From an uncultured virus (IMG/VR IMGVR_UViG_3300042315_000659) (taxonomy: Duplodnaviria > Heunggongvirae > Uroviricota > Caudoviricetes): a stretch of DNA of 20,000 nt. Positions within the stretch are counted from its first letter, which is position 1. Each line of letters opens with the position of its first letter. The stretch lies in IMG/VR virus record IMGVR_UViG_3300042315_000659. The stretch is one strand, 5' to 3'. The notes under the pieces were generated by a model. It had not been told where the DNA came from, ran no database searches, and saw only the letters and a program-made list of their open reading frames with translations. Below, piece by piece: positions 1 through 7,105 of this stretch. Made by a program: the position numbers and the translations under genes.

Positions 1-272
1 GAATTGAAATCTACAAATGTTAGATTAATCTTGATTACTTTTTTAGTCTTGCCAGAATCGCAAGTAATCTCAAAATCTGCCCTTAATTGCTGTACTTGAT
101 CAATACCTACACTAAAAACTAGGTTAGCTACCAATCCATGTAAGCAAATACTTTCGACTTGCCTTGTACTTAAAACTTTCCATTGGTTTTTGCTGCTTTC
201 AACTAAGATTTCTTGTATTTGCTGGAAAGTCAGTTCATCCCACCAATCACGACTTAAGAGATTCAGATTCAT
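1..272 (-). CDS. Hypothetical phage protein, 3'-truncated by the window edge (not in the ORF track)
   Basis: ATG at 272-270 is preceded by AAGGAG. The frame (MNLNLLSRDWWDELTFQQIQEILV...) stays open to position 1. Confidence 0.7.
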   Translation of the reverse strand, partial: MNLNLLSRDWWDELTFQQIQEILVESSKNQWKVLSTRQVESICLHGLVANLVFSVGIDQVQQLRADFEITCDSGKTKKVIKINLTFVDFN

Positions 273-330
273 TTAATACTCCTTAATTTCCATTTTTAGA
301 TTTTTTAGCTTTTCAGGTCTTTATAGGTTG

Positions 331-362
331 CTGATAACTGACGACTGACAACTGGCAACTAA
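331..362. repeat. Short degenerate tandem heptamer repeat (STRR-like)
   Basis: ctgataa-ctgacga-ctgacaa-ctggcaa directly after the RecT-like stop codon. Resembles cyanobacterial short tandem repeats. Confidence 0.5.
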
Positions 363-1160
363 TTAAAAATCTTCACTGAGAAGTTCACCAGGATCAATAT
401 TTTCACTGCGAACTTCTATTACTGGCTTTTGCCTTGCCTCTATAGCTTTTTTTAGGAGGTCGGCTAATTCTTTTTCAGAGGTTGCTTGTTGGGCTATTTG
501 CTCTGCTTCTGATTGAGGTAATCCTTGAGTTACAGCCCAAGTAATTCCAGCTTGTTTGCGTTCTGATAGCACCGACTGTGGTTTGTTTGGCAAAGATACT
601 TCCACATCTACTACATTACCAGATTCGCCAATTTCAGCGCCTAACTCATCAGGATTATAAATAGGTGCGCCAAGTGCTAAGTCGGGGCAAAACTCACGGA
701 ATCCGTTAGAAATCGCCCTTGCAAAAAGCATATTTTTGGGGTATTTTTTCCAGTTAGGATTCCCTGCGAGAAGTCCCGCTACTTGGGCATCGTCTTTTGA
801 AAAAGAACTAATTCCTAATGATTCCCAGTTGTTTTGCCAAAGCTCAAAAAACTCTAATTCGCAGATTTCTGGCGTGTGTTTAATTTTTTTGTATCGGTAT
901 TTACCCGATCCTTTAATTAAAGCTGCCATTAAATTAGCACTTAGTGCAGGCTTTCCTTGTATTAAATGAATACCAGTCATCGAGGCAAAAGCAGGAATGC
1001 CTAACTCTTTTCCCGCTAAAACTTTGACAAAACATTTAGCAGCACTTTGTACATCCCCAAACATTCCTGATTTTGCCAGAATATCAGAAACTTTGTAAAT
1101 GTCATCGACTGTTTTAAGTTCTAATGGGGAAGATTTGATATTGACAATTTCACTAGACAT
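363..1160 (-). CDS. RecT/Red-beta-like single-strand annealing protein
   Basis: Motifs GKELGIPAFASMTGIHLIQGKPALSA and NWKKYPKNMLFARAIS...FCPD are typical of phage RecT-like SSAPs. The start is probably ATG 1160 (MSSEIV, GGAG RBS upstream) rather than 1271, which would overlap the upstream gene. Confidence 0.75.
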   Translation of the reverse strand: MSSEIVNIKSSPLELKTVDDIYKVSDILAKSGMFGDVQSAAKCFVKVLAGKELGIPAFASMTGIHLIQGKPALSANLMAALIKGSGKYRYKKIKHTPEICELEFFELWQNNWESLGISSFSKDDAQVAGLLAGNPNWKKYPKNMLFARAISNGFREFCPDLALGAPIYNPDELGAEIGESGNVVDVEVSLPNKPQSVLSERKQAGITWAVTQGLPQSEAEQIAQQATSEKELADLLKKAIEARQKPVIEVRSENIDPGELLSEDF

Positions 1161-1170
1161 AATGTTACTC

Positions 1171-1464
1171 CTAAAAAGAAAGGTTGCTAAGATCGCTAAA
1201 TCTATAAGAAGAAGGAAACTCATCTGTTTCTTTGCCAGCAAAATACTTGACCACACTTGGGCAAGTGACATTATGAGCCTTTGTTACTTCCAGAAGTTTC
1301 GACATAACCACTTGCTGTGCTTGATTTAAAAGAAATTCATAGCAAGCATCAGCATCTTCGCCGTCTTCTGGTTTTCCATGAATATTTATACTCACATTCA
1401 CAGACTCAAAGTTGCCAAGATTGACTTTCTGGCTATAATCTACCGAGATATGGGTGATAAGCAT
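1171..1464 (-). CDS. Hypothetical phage protein (97 aa) upstream of the recombinase
   Basis: ORF with GAGGAG RBS and promoter. The motif SVDYSQKVNLGNFESV resembles small phage proteins found in recombination modules. Confidence 0.7.
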   Translation of the reverse strand: MLITHISVDYSQKVNLGNFESVNVSINIHGKPEDGEDADACYEFLLNQAQQVVMSKLLEVTKAHNVTCPSVVKYFAGKETDEFPSSYRFSDLSNLSF

Positions 1465-1490
1465 TTCTCCTCTAAAATTTGATTAATACA

Positions 1491-1519
1491 ATCTTATAGT
1501 AGATTACTAGAATTGTCAA
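1491..1519 (-). promoter_or_regulatory. Sigma70-type promoter
   Basis: Minus strand TTGACA-17 nt-TAAGAT, about 27 nt upstream of ATG 1464. Confidence 0.7.
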
Positions 1520-1594
1520 GTATTTTTAAAAAAAAAACTTGCAAAAAACTTACAAAAAGATAATAGTACAGAAGAACTAAGTTATTATCGTTAA

Positions 1595-1830
1595 TAGATT
1601 GTAGATAAGGATATTAACAATGAAAGTCTTGATATATATAGGTTTCATCCTTTGTTGATACTGTTAACGCTATCCCCCAATATTATTTTTTTTACACTCT
1701 TATTGTCTAGTCTGTTTATCTCTTTTTATCTTTTTTCCTCTATACAGTATCAACGGTATTAACAAACCTTGAAACCTAGACAGCGTAAGGATTTTGATTG
1801 TTAATAAGGTTATTAACAATCGAATTACAA
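1595..1830. repeat. Palindromic non-coding element, copy 1
   Basis: Colinear similarity to 10429-10678 (shared tgttaacgctatcccc, ttttttcctctatacagtat and gattgttaataa..tattaacaatcga), with nested inverted repeats. Confidence 0.8.
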
Positions 1831-1879
1831 AAGAACAGTAGATATACTTAGCATATTTAAATTAAATACTGCTATCTGC

Positions 1880-4186
1880 TTAGATGATCGTTGCTAGTGA
1901 TTCTTTAAAAGGTACTGGATAACTTGAGCTTTGAAAAACCCGTATTGTATAAGCCGATTGGACTGACCCCCAATCGGCTATCTGTTGCGATTCTGTGTAA
2001 ACGACGCTTCGGGCTGACGATACTGACCATTCTCGTTTTACTGTGTCCCCGTCGTAAATTCTGACTACATAGCCGTCCAACTCTCCCGCTGCGTAAGCAA
2101 TGTCGATATAGTCGATCCAACGACCATTTAACCGCGTCCGTCGATACCAAGTAATAATTAAATCGTTGTTATCTTTTTCCCCTCTTACAGCACAAGGGAA
2201 AGGCTTCAATCCTTCTAAGGTGATTGTGTGAGAGACTTCCTCCTCTATATCGGTTTCAAGTAATCCATTAGGAACTACTTTTAATAAATATTCTCGATTA
2301 ATATCAGAAAGATTTAAGGGGAATCGAACTAAATAATTAGTTAGTAACACAAATTTTTCTCCTATTATATGCCTAGAGATAGCCGGTTCAGTTCCTTTGA
2401 CTCCACGAATTGTATATGAAATATCAAAGGTCAAGGGATTGTTGGACACAATAGCAGCATTTTTAAACGCTATAATTTCTCCAGTAGAAAACCAACCTAA
2501 TTGTTTGCCTGATAGAAATGTTTCAAGAGTAACTGGCTCTAATTGCCCTGAATTCATGATTACTCGTATCCAATTTAAATCGTCAATAAAACTAGGAGAA
2601 GCGTTGTTAAAATTTGGGGAGAAGCTTAATACAGTACCAGTTACGCTGTTGACAACATTGCCAACAGCAAAATCATAACTTAAGCCGTTGTCATCGGAAT
2701 AAAATAAGGCTCCTCTGTTAAAACTAGAGTTACCTTCAATTGCCACATAAATTCCTGCGTCGGCATCTCGGCTATTAACTATTGGGCATTCAATAGGAAT
2801 AGCGTTAGCGCGTCCGTAGGGACGAGGAGTGTTATTGTCTGGCGGAAATTCGTTATAGGAACGAGGAATGTTATTGTCATTGTCTGGCGGAAATTCGTTA
2901 TCTATAGGAATATCTGGCAAATATCCTACTCCTTGAAATCGAGCAGCTTCAATTTCAATTAAATAATTTACTCCTCTTACTTTCTTTGTAATTTGCATCA
3001 ATTCTTGATGGTAATTGTTATTATCATCAGTAAAAATTATATCCCCAACCTTTAAATTTTCCCATGCTGGTAATAAAAACATTTTTGAGAAAGTTTTTGA
3101 TTGCGTTTTCCCTAAAAAAAGAATTTTTGAGGCAATATTCATAAAAAACATATCTATGTCTATTAGCTTAGTTTGGAAACTAAGCTCGTTTGTGTGAGTA
3201 TCTGATGGGTCTTTAGCTACTGCGGTAATAGTTTCATAATTTTTTAAAACATTTAGTCCAGATACCGTAACGGCACTAGGGGTTTCTCTAAAATGAGTCA
3301 GTTTTTTTTCATTAAGGTCAATAGGATTTTCTCCAAATTTTTTAGACCCAAAAGAGCTTTTAGGGATAAAAATAGGATCAGATGATTGTTCTTGTCTTTT
3401 AAAAATGATTTTATCTTTTGGCTCCCCTGTCACAATAAAAAAAGCTCTCATAAGTTCTTCTAACTGATCAGCAAAAGATGTCCCATCAAACAATAAATCA
3501 AATCCTTGAATTTGGTAATCATTAGGAATATCAGTTACGTCAATTTGATCGTCTGTTCTACCAGCTAATTTACAAATAGTTTTCAAAATATCTTTTATTT
3601 TTGGATTGTTTCCACTTTCTCCAATCACTTCAACATCAATAGTAGGAAATCCAGTGCCGTCATAATTAGCAATCGGATAATTATTAAAAACTAAAAAAGA
3701 CATTCCAGTAAAAGCAGGTACTGGGTTGGATTCTTTTGACTGAATTACTGACGATGGTGTAGTTTGATTGCCAGTATAAATAGTTGTGTGTTCAATAAAT
3801 TTTAGGCTTTTTTCGTCATTGGTTTCAGAGTTGTAAACAAGGACGCTATTCATCCAAACTCGCCTAACAGAGCCAATTTTTCTAGCAATTGGATAAGCGG
3901 CTGTCAGAAAATAAGTGTAAACTTCGGTAGTTTGCCCACCACCACCACCTTTTCCGCCTTGTCTTTCGGACGTGACGACTTCCTTAAGGGGAATCCCCCA
4001 CATCATAGTTAGCCCTTCTTTCCTCACCCTTCCAAAAGGATAAGATAGGCTTCTGCCGTATTCAGCATCGGGAACACCAGTATCCTCAATTTTTCCTTTT
4101 TGTTGGGTAGGGGGTTTAGGAGCAAATAGAGATAATAATAGGTTAGCTCCGATCCCTATTGCTACGGGAATGAGAAAATTAGCCAC
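1880..4186 (-). CDS. Phage tail tip / host-specificity protein (GTA megatron / gpJ-like)
   Basis: 768 aa. N-terminal AEYGRSLSYPFGRVR..MMW..GGKGGGG..YTY, VPAFTGMSFLVF, central Phage-tail_3-like region and C-terminal ITWYRRTR, as in GTA-type tail proteins. Confidence 0.8.
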   Translation of the reverse strand: MANFLIPVAIGIGANLLLSLFAPKPPTQQKGKIEDTGVPDAEYGRSLSYPFGRVRKEGLTMMWGIPLKEVVTSERQGGKGGGGGQTTEVYTYFLTAAYPIARKIGSVRRVWMNSVLVYNSETNDEKSLKFIEHTTIYTGNQTTPSSVIQSKESNPVPAFTGMSFLVFNNYPIANYDGTGFPTIDVEVIGESGNNPKIKDILKTICKLAGRTDDQIDVTDIPNDYQIQGFDLLFDGTSFADQLEELMRAFFIVTGEPKDKIIFKRQEQSSDPIFIPKSSFGSKKFGENPIDLNEKKLTHFRETPSAVTVSGLNVLKNYETITAVAKDPSDTHTNELSFQTKLIDIDMFFMNIASKILFLGKTQSKTFSKMFLLPAWENLKVGDIIFTDDNNNYHQELMQITKKVRGVNYLIEIEAARFQGVGYLPDIPIDNEFPPDNDNNIPRSYNEFPPDNNTPRPYGRANAIPIECPIVNSRDADAGIYVAIEGNSSFNRGALFYSDDNGLSYDFAVGNVVNSVTGTVLSFSPNFNNASPSFIDDLNWIRVIMNSGQLEPVTLETFLSGKQLGWFSTGEIIAFKNAAIVSNNPLTFDISYTIRGVKGTEPAISRHIIGEKFVLLTNYLVRFPLNLSDINREYLLKVVPNGLLETDIEEEVSHTITLEGLKPFPCAVRGEKDNNDLIITWYRRTRLNGRWIDYIDIAYAAGELDGYVVRIYDGDTVKREWSVSSARSVVYTESQQIADWGSVQSAYTIRVFQSSSYPVPFKESLATII

Positions 4187-4220
4187 GGCTTTTTAAAAGA
4201 TAGTATTTTCTCTATTCTAA

Positions 4221-4293
4221 TAGGTTGAGTAGGAATCGAACCTACCTAAGACGAATTATGAGTTCGTTGCCTTAACCGCTCGGCCATCAACCC
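4221..4293 (-). tRNA. tRNA with CAT anticodon (Ile2 or elongator Met)
   Basis: Cloverleaf: acceptor GGGTTGA/TCAACCT, anticodon arm ACGAA-CTCATAA-TTCGT, T arm GTAGG-TTCGATT-CCTAC. No encoded CCA. Confidence 0.9.
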
Positions 4294-4298
4294 TTGAC

Positions 4299-4760
4299 CT
4301 ATTTAGGAAAAAATAAAGTAGGAGAGATATTAAAAAAATCGGCTAATTTTTGAACGTGAATATCTGTTATCTCTCGCTGCCTATTAAAAATATCATCTAG
4401 GATTGATTGATCCTCAAAAATAGATAGCAAATCTTGCTTTTGTAGGTTTCTTTCCTCTAATATGAATTTCAACAATTCAAGTCCATAAATATCAGGTATT
4501 GGCTCTTGATTTTCCTCATACTCATAATTTTCTTCATACTCATAAATCAAAGCTCCTAAAACACTTAAATACTCCCTTTCTTCTATTGTCAATTGAATTT
4601 TATCTAATATGATTTTATCTAAAAAAGAACTGATAACTCTTTCCGTGTTTTCTAGCCCTTCCTTGTCGTAAATAGGACGAGGAGGGTATTGTTTTAATAA
4701 TTCTAAGTATTTATTTGTATCAAACATAGTGTGACTGTAATCGCTGTAACTTTTTATCAT
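4299..4760 (-). CDS. HigA-like antitoxin / XRE-type HTH regulator (orphan)
   Basis: PPRPI...EEREYLSVLGALIYEYEE...LLKFILEERNLQKQDL..IF...REIT..HVQKLADFFNISP matches the HigA (COG5499-like) pattern. Confidence 0.75.
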   Translation of the reverse strand: MIKSYSDYSHTMFDTNKYLELLKQYPPRPIYDKEGLENTERVISSFLDKIILDKIQLTIEEREYLSVLGALIYEYEENYEYEENQEPIPDIYGLELLKFILEERNLQKQDLLSIFEDQSILDDIFNRQREITDIHVQKLADFFNISPTLFFPK

Positions 4761-4800
4761 AGGTCAAGCCTTTGATTTTGTCAATATGTTTGATTTTAAG

Positions 4801-4883
4801 TGGGTTAGGCTGGATTTGCACCAGCGTGGAATTAAATCTACAGATTTACAGTCTGTCACCTTCGGCTACTCGGTCACTAACCC
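4801..4883 (-). tRNA. tRNA-Tyr(GTA)
   Basis: Acceptor GGGTTAG/CTAACCC, anticodon arm ACAGA-CTGTAAA-TCTGT, long variable region, T arm GCTGG-TGCAAAT-CCAGC (atypical loop). No encoded CCA. Confidence 0.85.
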
Positions 4884-4912
4884 TTGTTTGTTTCAATCCC
4901 TTGTTTAAATTT

Positions 4913-4941
4913 ATCTTACTATAATTCTTAATACTTGTCAA
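4913..4941 (-). promoter_or_regulatory. Sigma70-type promoter for the tRNA-Tyr / higA / tRNA-CAT unit
   Basis: Minus strand TTGACA-17 nt-TAAGAT, 30 nt upstream of tRNA-Tyr. Same hexamers as the promoter at 1491-1519. Confidence 0.7.
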
Positions 4942-5487
4942 TCATATTGGTTTTTGATTTTCTTGATTCTTTTGAGATTCTTGCAAATTAAGAAGTTGAA
5001 GCATTGCTTCTCCTGCGTCTTTACGCGCCATGCTACAAGTCCAGAGTCTTTGTTCATTGCGCTTGATAATGATAATTTCTGTATTAGAAACTAAACAAAC
5101 TAAATCATTTTTCTGTTTTATTAGCTGATTAATAGCTTCTATTCGTTGCTCCTGTTCTAGTTGGGAAACGGGTTGAGGGTTTTCTCCATACTCTTGTGTG
5201 GAGAAAACAACAGCTAACATAAAACTTTTTGTTTCTTTAAACTGAAAACGAATAATCTGCCAACTGAATTCACCATCAGGTTCTAATTCTCGATTCCAAA
5301 TATTTAGAAAGGCTTGTAAATAACCTTCTAATCCTTTTTGAGTTTGACGGTTTTTATTAATATCGTTGAGAAGTCCTTGATTTTGTTGAGGATAGCTTTC
5401 AACAGGTTTTACTGACTCACTGTCTTGAATAGAGCAAGAATGACAAGAATTAAATGAAAACATAAAAGGCCTATTGGTTGCTATCAA
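4942..5487 (-). CDS. Hypothetical protein, possibly a stand-alone C-terminal domain of an N6-methyltransferase / type IIG R-M enzyme
   Basis: ORF with TTG start at 5487 or ATG at 5463. IWNRELEPDGEFSW and IIIIKRNEQRLWT.SMAR.DA recall C-termini of cyanobacterial N-6 DNA methylases (from memory, not searched). Confidence 0.45.
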   Translation of the reverse strand: MIATNRPFMFSFNSCHSCSIQDSESVKPVESYPQQNQGLLNDINKNRQTQKGLEGYLQAFLNIWNRELEPDGEFSWQIIRFQFKETKSFMLAVVFSTQEYGENPQPVSQLEQEQRIEAINQLIKQKNDLVCLVSNTEIIIIKRNEQRLWTCSMARKDAGEAMLQLLNLQESQKNQENQKPI

Positions 5488-5556
5488 GATATTAGGAAAG
5501 TTTAATAATTTGTTACAGATTAACTATATTAGATTTATTCTCTGTAAAAATTAAGA

Positions 5557-5763
5557 TCACACCAAAAGGAATCTTTCCAAAAATTTATCAATTTTATATT
5601 TTTTTTCAGCTATTAATTTTCGCCAAAGACGAAAATTCTCAAAAAAGTTATACCATCCAAAAGGAACATCCTCTCTAAGGGTAGTCCAAATAATAGGTAA
5701 ATAGCTTTTGATAGTCATGGCAGCAATCAAAAGGTAATAGTTTATTTGTTTAGTCTTTTTCAT
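5557..5763 (-). CDS. Small hypothetical protein
   Basis: 68-aa ORF in a co-oriented run of small genes, with a hydrophobic N-terminus. Confidence 0.55.
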   Translation of the reverse strand: MKKTKQINYYLLIAAMTIKSYLPIIWTTLREDVPFGWYNFFENFRLWRKLIAEKKYKIDKFLERFLLV

Positions 5764-5799
5764 GTCTTAATAGTCTTAACTTTATTTAAATCCTACCAC

Positions 5800-5994
5800 T
5801 TATTTTACATTTAATTTTTCAAAAGTTAATCCTAAACAAAATGCAAACCAAAGCCAAATATACCAAAACCTGAGAAACAACTCCGACCATGTTAGCTGTA
5901 AGTTGTTAAGTCTTATGACAGTAAATACACAGGTAAAAATAATTAAATTTACAGCCACTAATAAATAAGGTTTTTTCTGTTTTTTAGACTTCAT
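5800..5994 (-). CDS. Small membrane protein with two hydrophobic segments
   Basis: Basic N-terminus followed by YLLVAVNLIIFTCVFTVI and FWYIWLWFAFCLGLTF. Confidence 0.6.
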   Translation of the reverse strand: MKSKKQKKPYLLVAVNLIIFTCVFTVIRLNNLQLTWSELFLRFWYIWLWFAFCLGLTFEKLNVK

Positions 5995-6043
5995 TTTAGT
6001 TTAATCTTTTTAGGTGTTCTATATTACTTTACTACAATTAAAG

Positions 6044-6241
6044 TTATTTGTCTATAGTTTTGATAAGAAAATAAATTAAATTTATCTTTTCTGCCGTCAG
6101 TGTTTTAAGTATCATTAAGATTTCTATTAATTTATCCTTAAGTTCTTTTTTAGTGGGTTCTGTGTCACTTGGTTCATAGATGAAAGTTTTAGCACTTCCA
6201 TCCTGTTCTATTTTAGTCAAAGTGTATTTTTCCATGATCAT
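6044..6241 (-). CDS. Small hypothetical protein
   Basis: 65-aa ORF co-oriented with its neighbours, with an upstream GAAGG. Confidence 0.55.
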   Translation of the reverse strand: MIMEKYTLTKIEQDGSAKTFIYEPSDTEPTKKELKDKLIEILMILKTLTAEKINLIYFLIKTIDK

Positions 6242-6264
6242 AGTGCCTTCTTTTAGGTGTAGGT

Positions 6265-6720
6265 TTATCTTAATATATCTAGCCCTCGATTTCTGATTCT
6301 TTGAGCAAGGTCTTTATTAAATACTTTTGATTTTTTAATCACAGTAATCTGATTGCTTGGCCAGTATTCTAGCAGAAAATCAACGAGTTCTATTGAAGTT
6401 GTGTGTATTCTAGCTTCTTTGCTGTATCCTTTTAGTAATTGGTAAAAAAGAAATAGCCCACTAAGCAGGTCTTTTTCAATTACCCAAAATACTAATTTAA
6501 TTAATGTATTGCTAAGTCGCCAGTGTTTTAGGAGTTGGCATAGTTTTGTTTCCTCTAATTGCCAGTAACTGAAAAAATCTAAAACATTAGAGATTACTGG
6601 GTAGTCGCTTCTACTTACGAAGTCAGATACTAGAGCATCGATTGCTTCTAGAGATTGACACATCCCGATGGATGCAATCGATAATCCCTCTAATTTATAT
6701 CCTGAGATAATTTGTAGCAT
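6265..6720 (-). CDS. Hypothetical protein immediately downstream of the CRISPR array
   Basis: 151-aa ORF starting 64 nt after the last repeat. No motif recognised. Confidence 0.6.
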   Translation of the reverse strand: MLQIISGYKLEGLSIASIGMCQSLEAIDALVSDFVSRSDYPVISNVLDFFSYWQLEETKLCQLLKHWRLSNTLIKLVFWVIEKDLLSGLFLFYQLLKGYSKEARIHTTSIELVDFLLEYWPSNQITVIKKSKVFNKDLAQRIRNRGLDILR

Positions 6721-6783
6721 GGTTTTGGAGTTTTGTTTTGTTTTCTTGCCTTAGTTTGCCTTGCCTTGTCTTGTATTTGTTTC

Positions 6784-7105
6784 CTTGCAATCTACTTAAC
6801 AAGTCAAGCCGATTGTTACAAAAAAGGAGATTAAAAATGTATAACGATTATAGCACTTGCAATCTACTTAACAAGTCAAGCCGATTGTTACTCCCCTAGA
6901 TAGCGAGGATCGGGAATTTTGGCAATGCTTGTAATCTACTTAACAAGTCAAGCCGATTATTACGTGGCAACGACCTATCGCCCTATCTGAATTGGCAACT
7001 TGCAATCTACTTAACAAGTCAAGCCGATTGTTACAAAACCCACCGATCCAGACACTTTAGCGGTTCTGGCTTGCAATCTACTTAACAAGTCAAGCCGATT
7101 GTTAC
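6784..7105 (-). CRISPR. CRISPR array: 5 repeats of 36 nt, 4 unique spacers of 35-36 nt
   Basis: Repeat (minus) GTAACAATCGGCTTGACTTGTTAAGTAGATTGCAAG at 6784-6819, 6856-6891, 6928-6963 (2 substitutions), 6999-7034 and 7070-7105. Spacers at 6820-6855, 6892-6927, 6964-6998 and 7035-7069. Orientation inferred from the ATTGCAAG 3' end and the adjacent gene. Confidence 0.97.

Noticed and set aside
1595..1830. Diversity-generating retroelement TR/VR pair with 10429-10678
   Set aside because: Both copies are non-coding, the differences are not adenine-specific, and no reverse transcriptase is present.
1905..2150. 81-aa minus-strand ORF
   Set aside because: Alternative frame nested in the tail tip gene, with no supporting features.
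4221..4883. tRNAs as prophage attachment site or boundary
   Set aside because: Phage genes continue on both sides, and there is no integrase or duplicated tRNA 3' end in the window.
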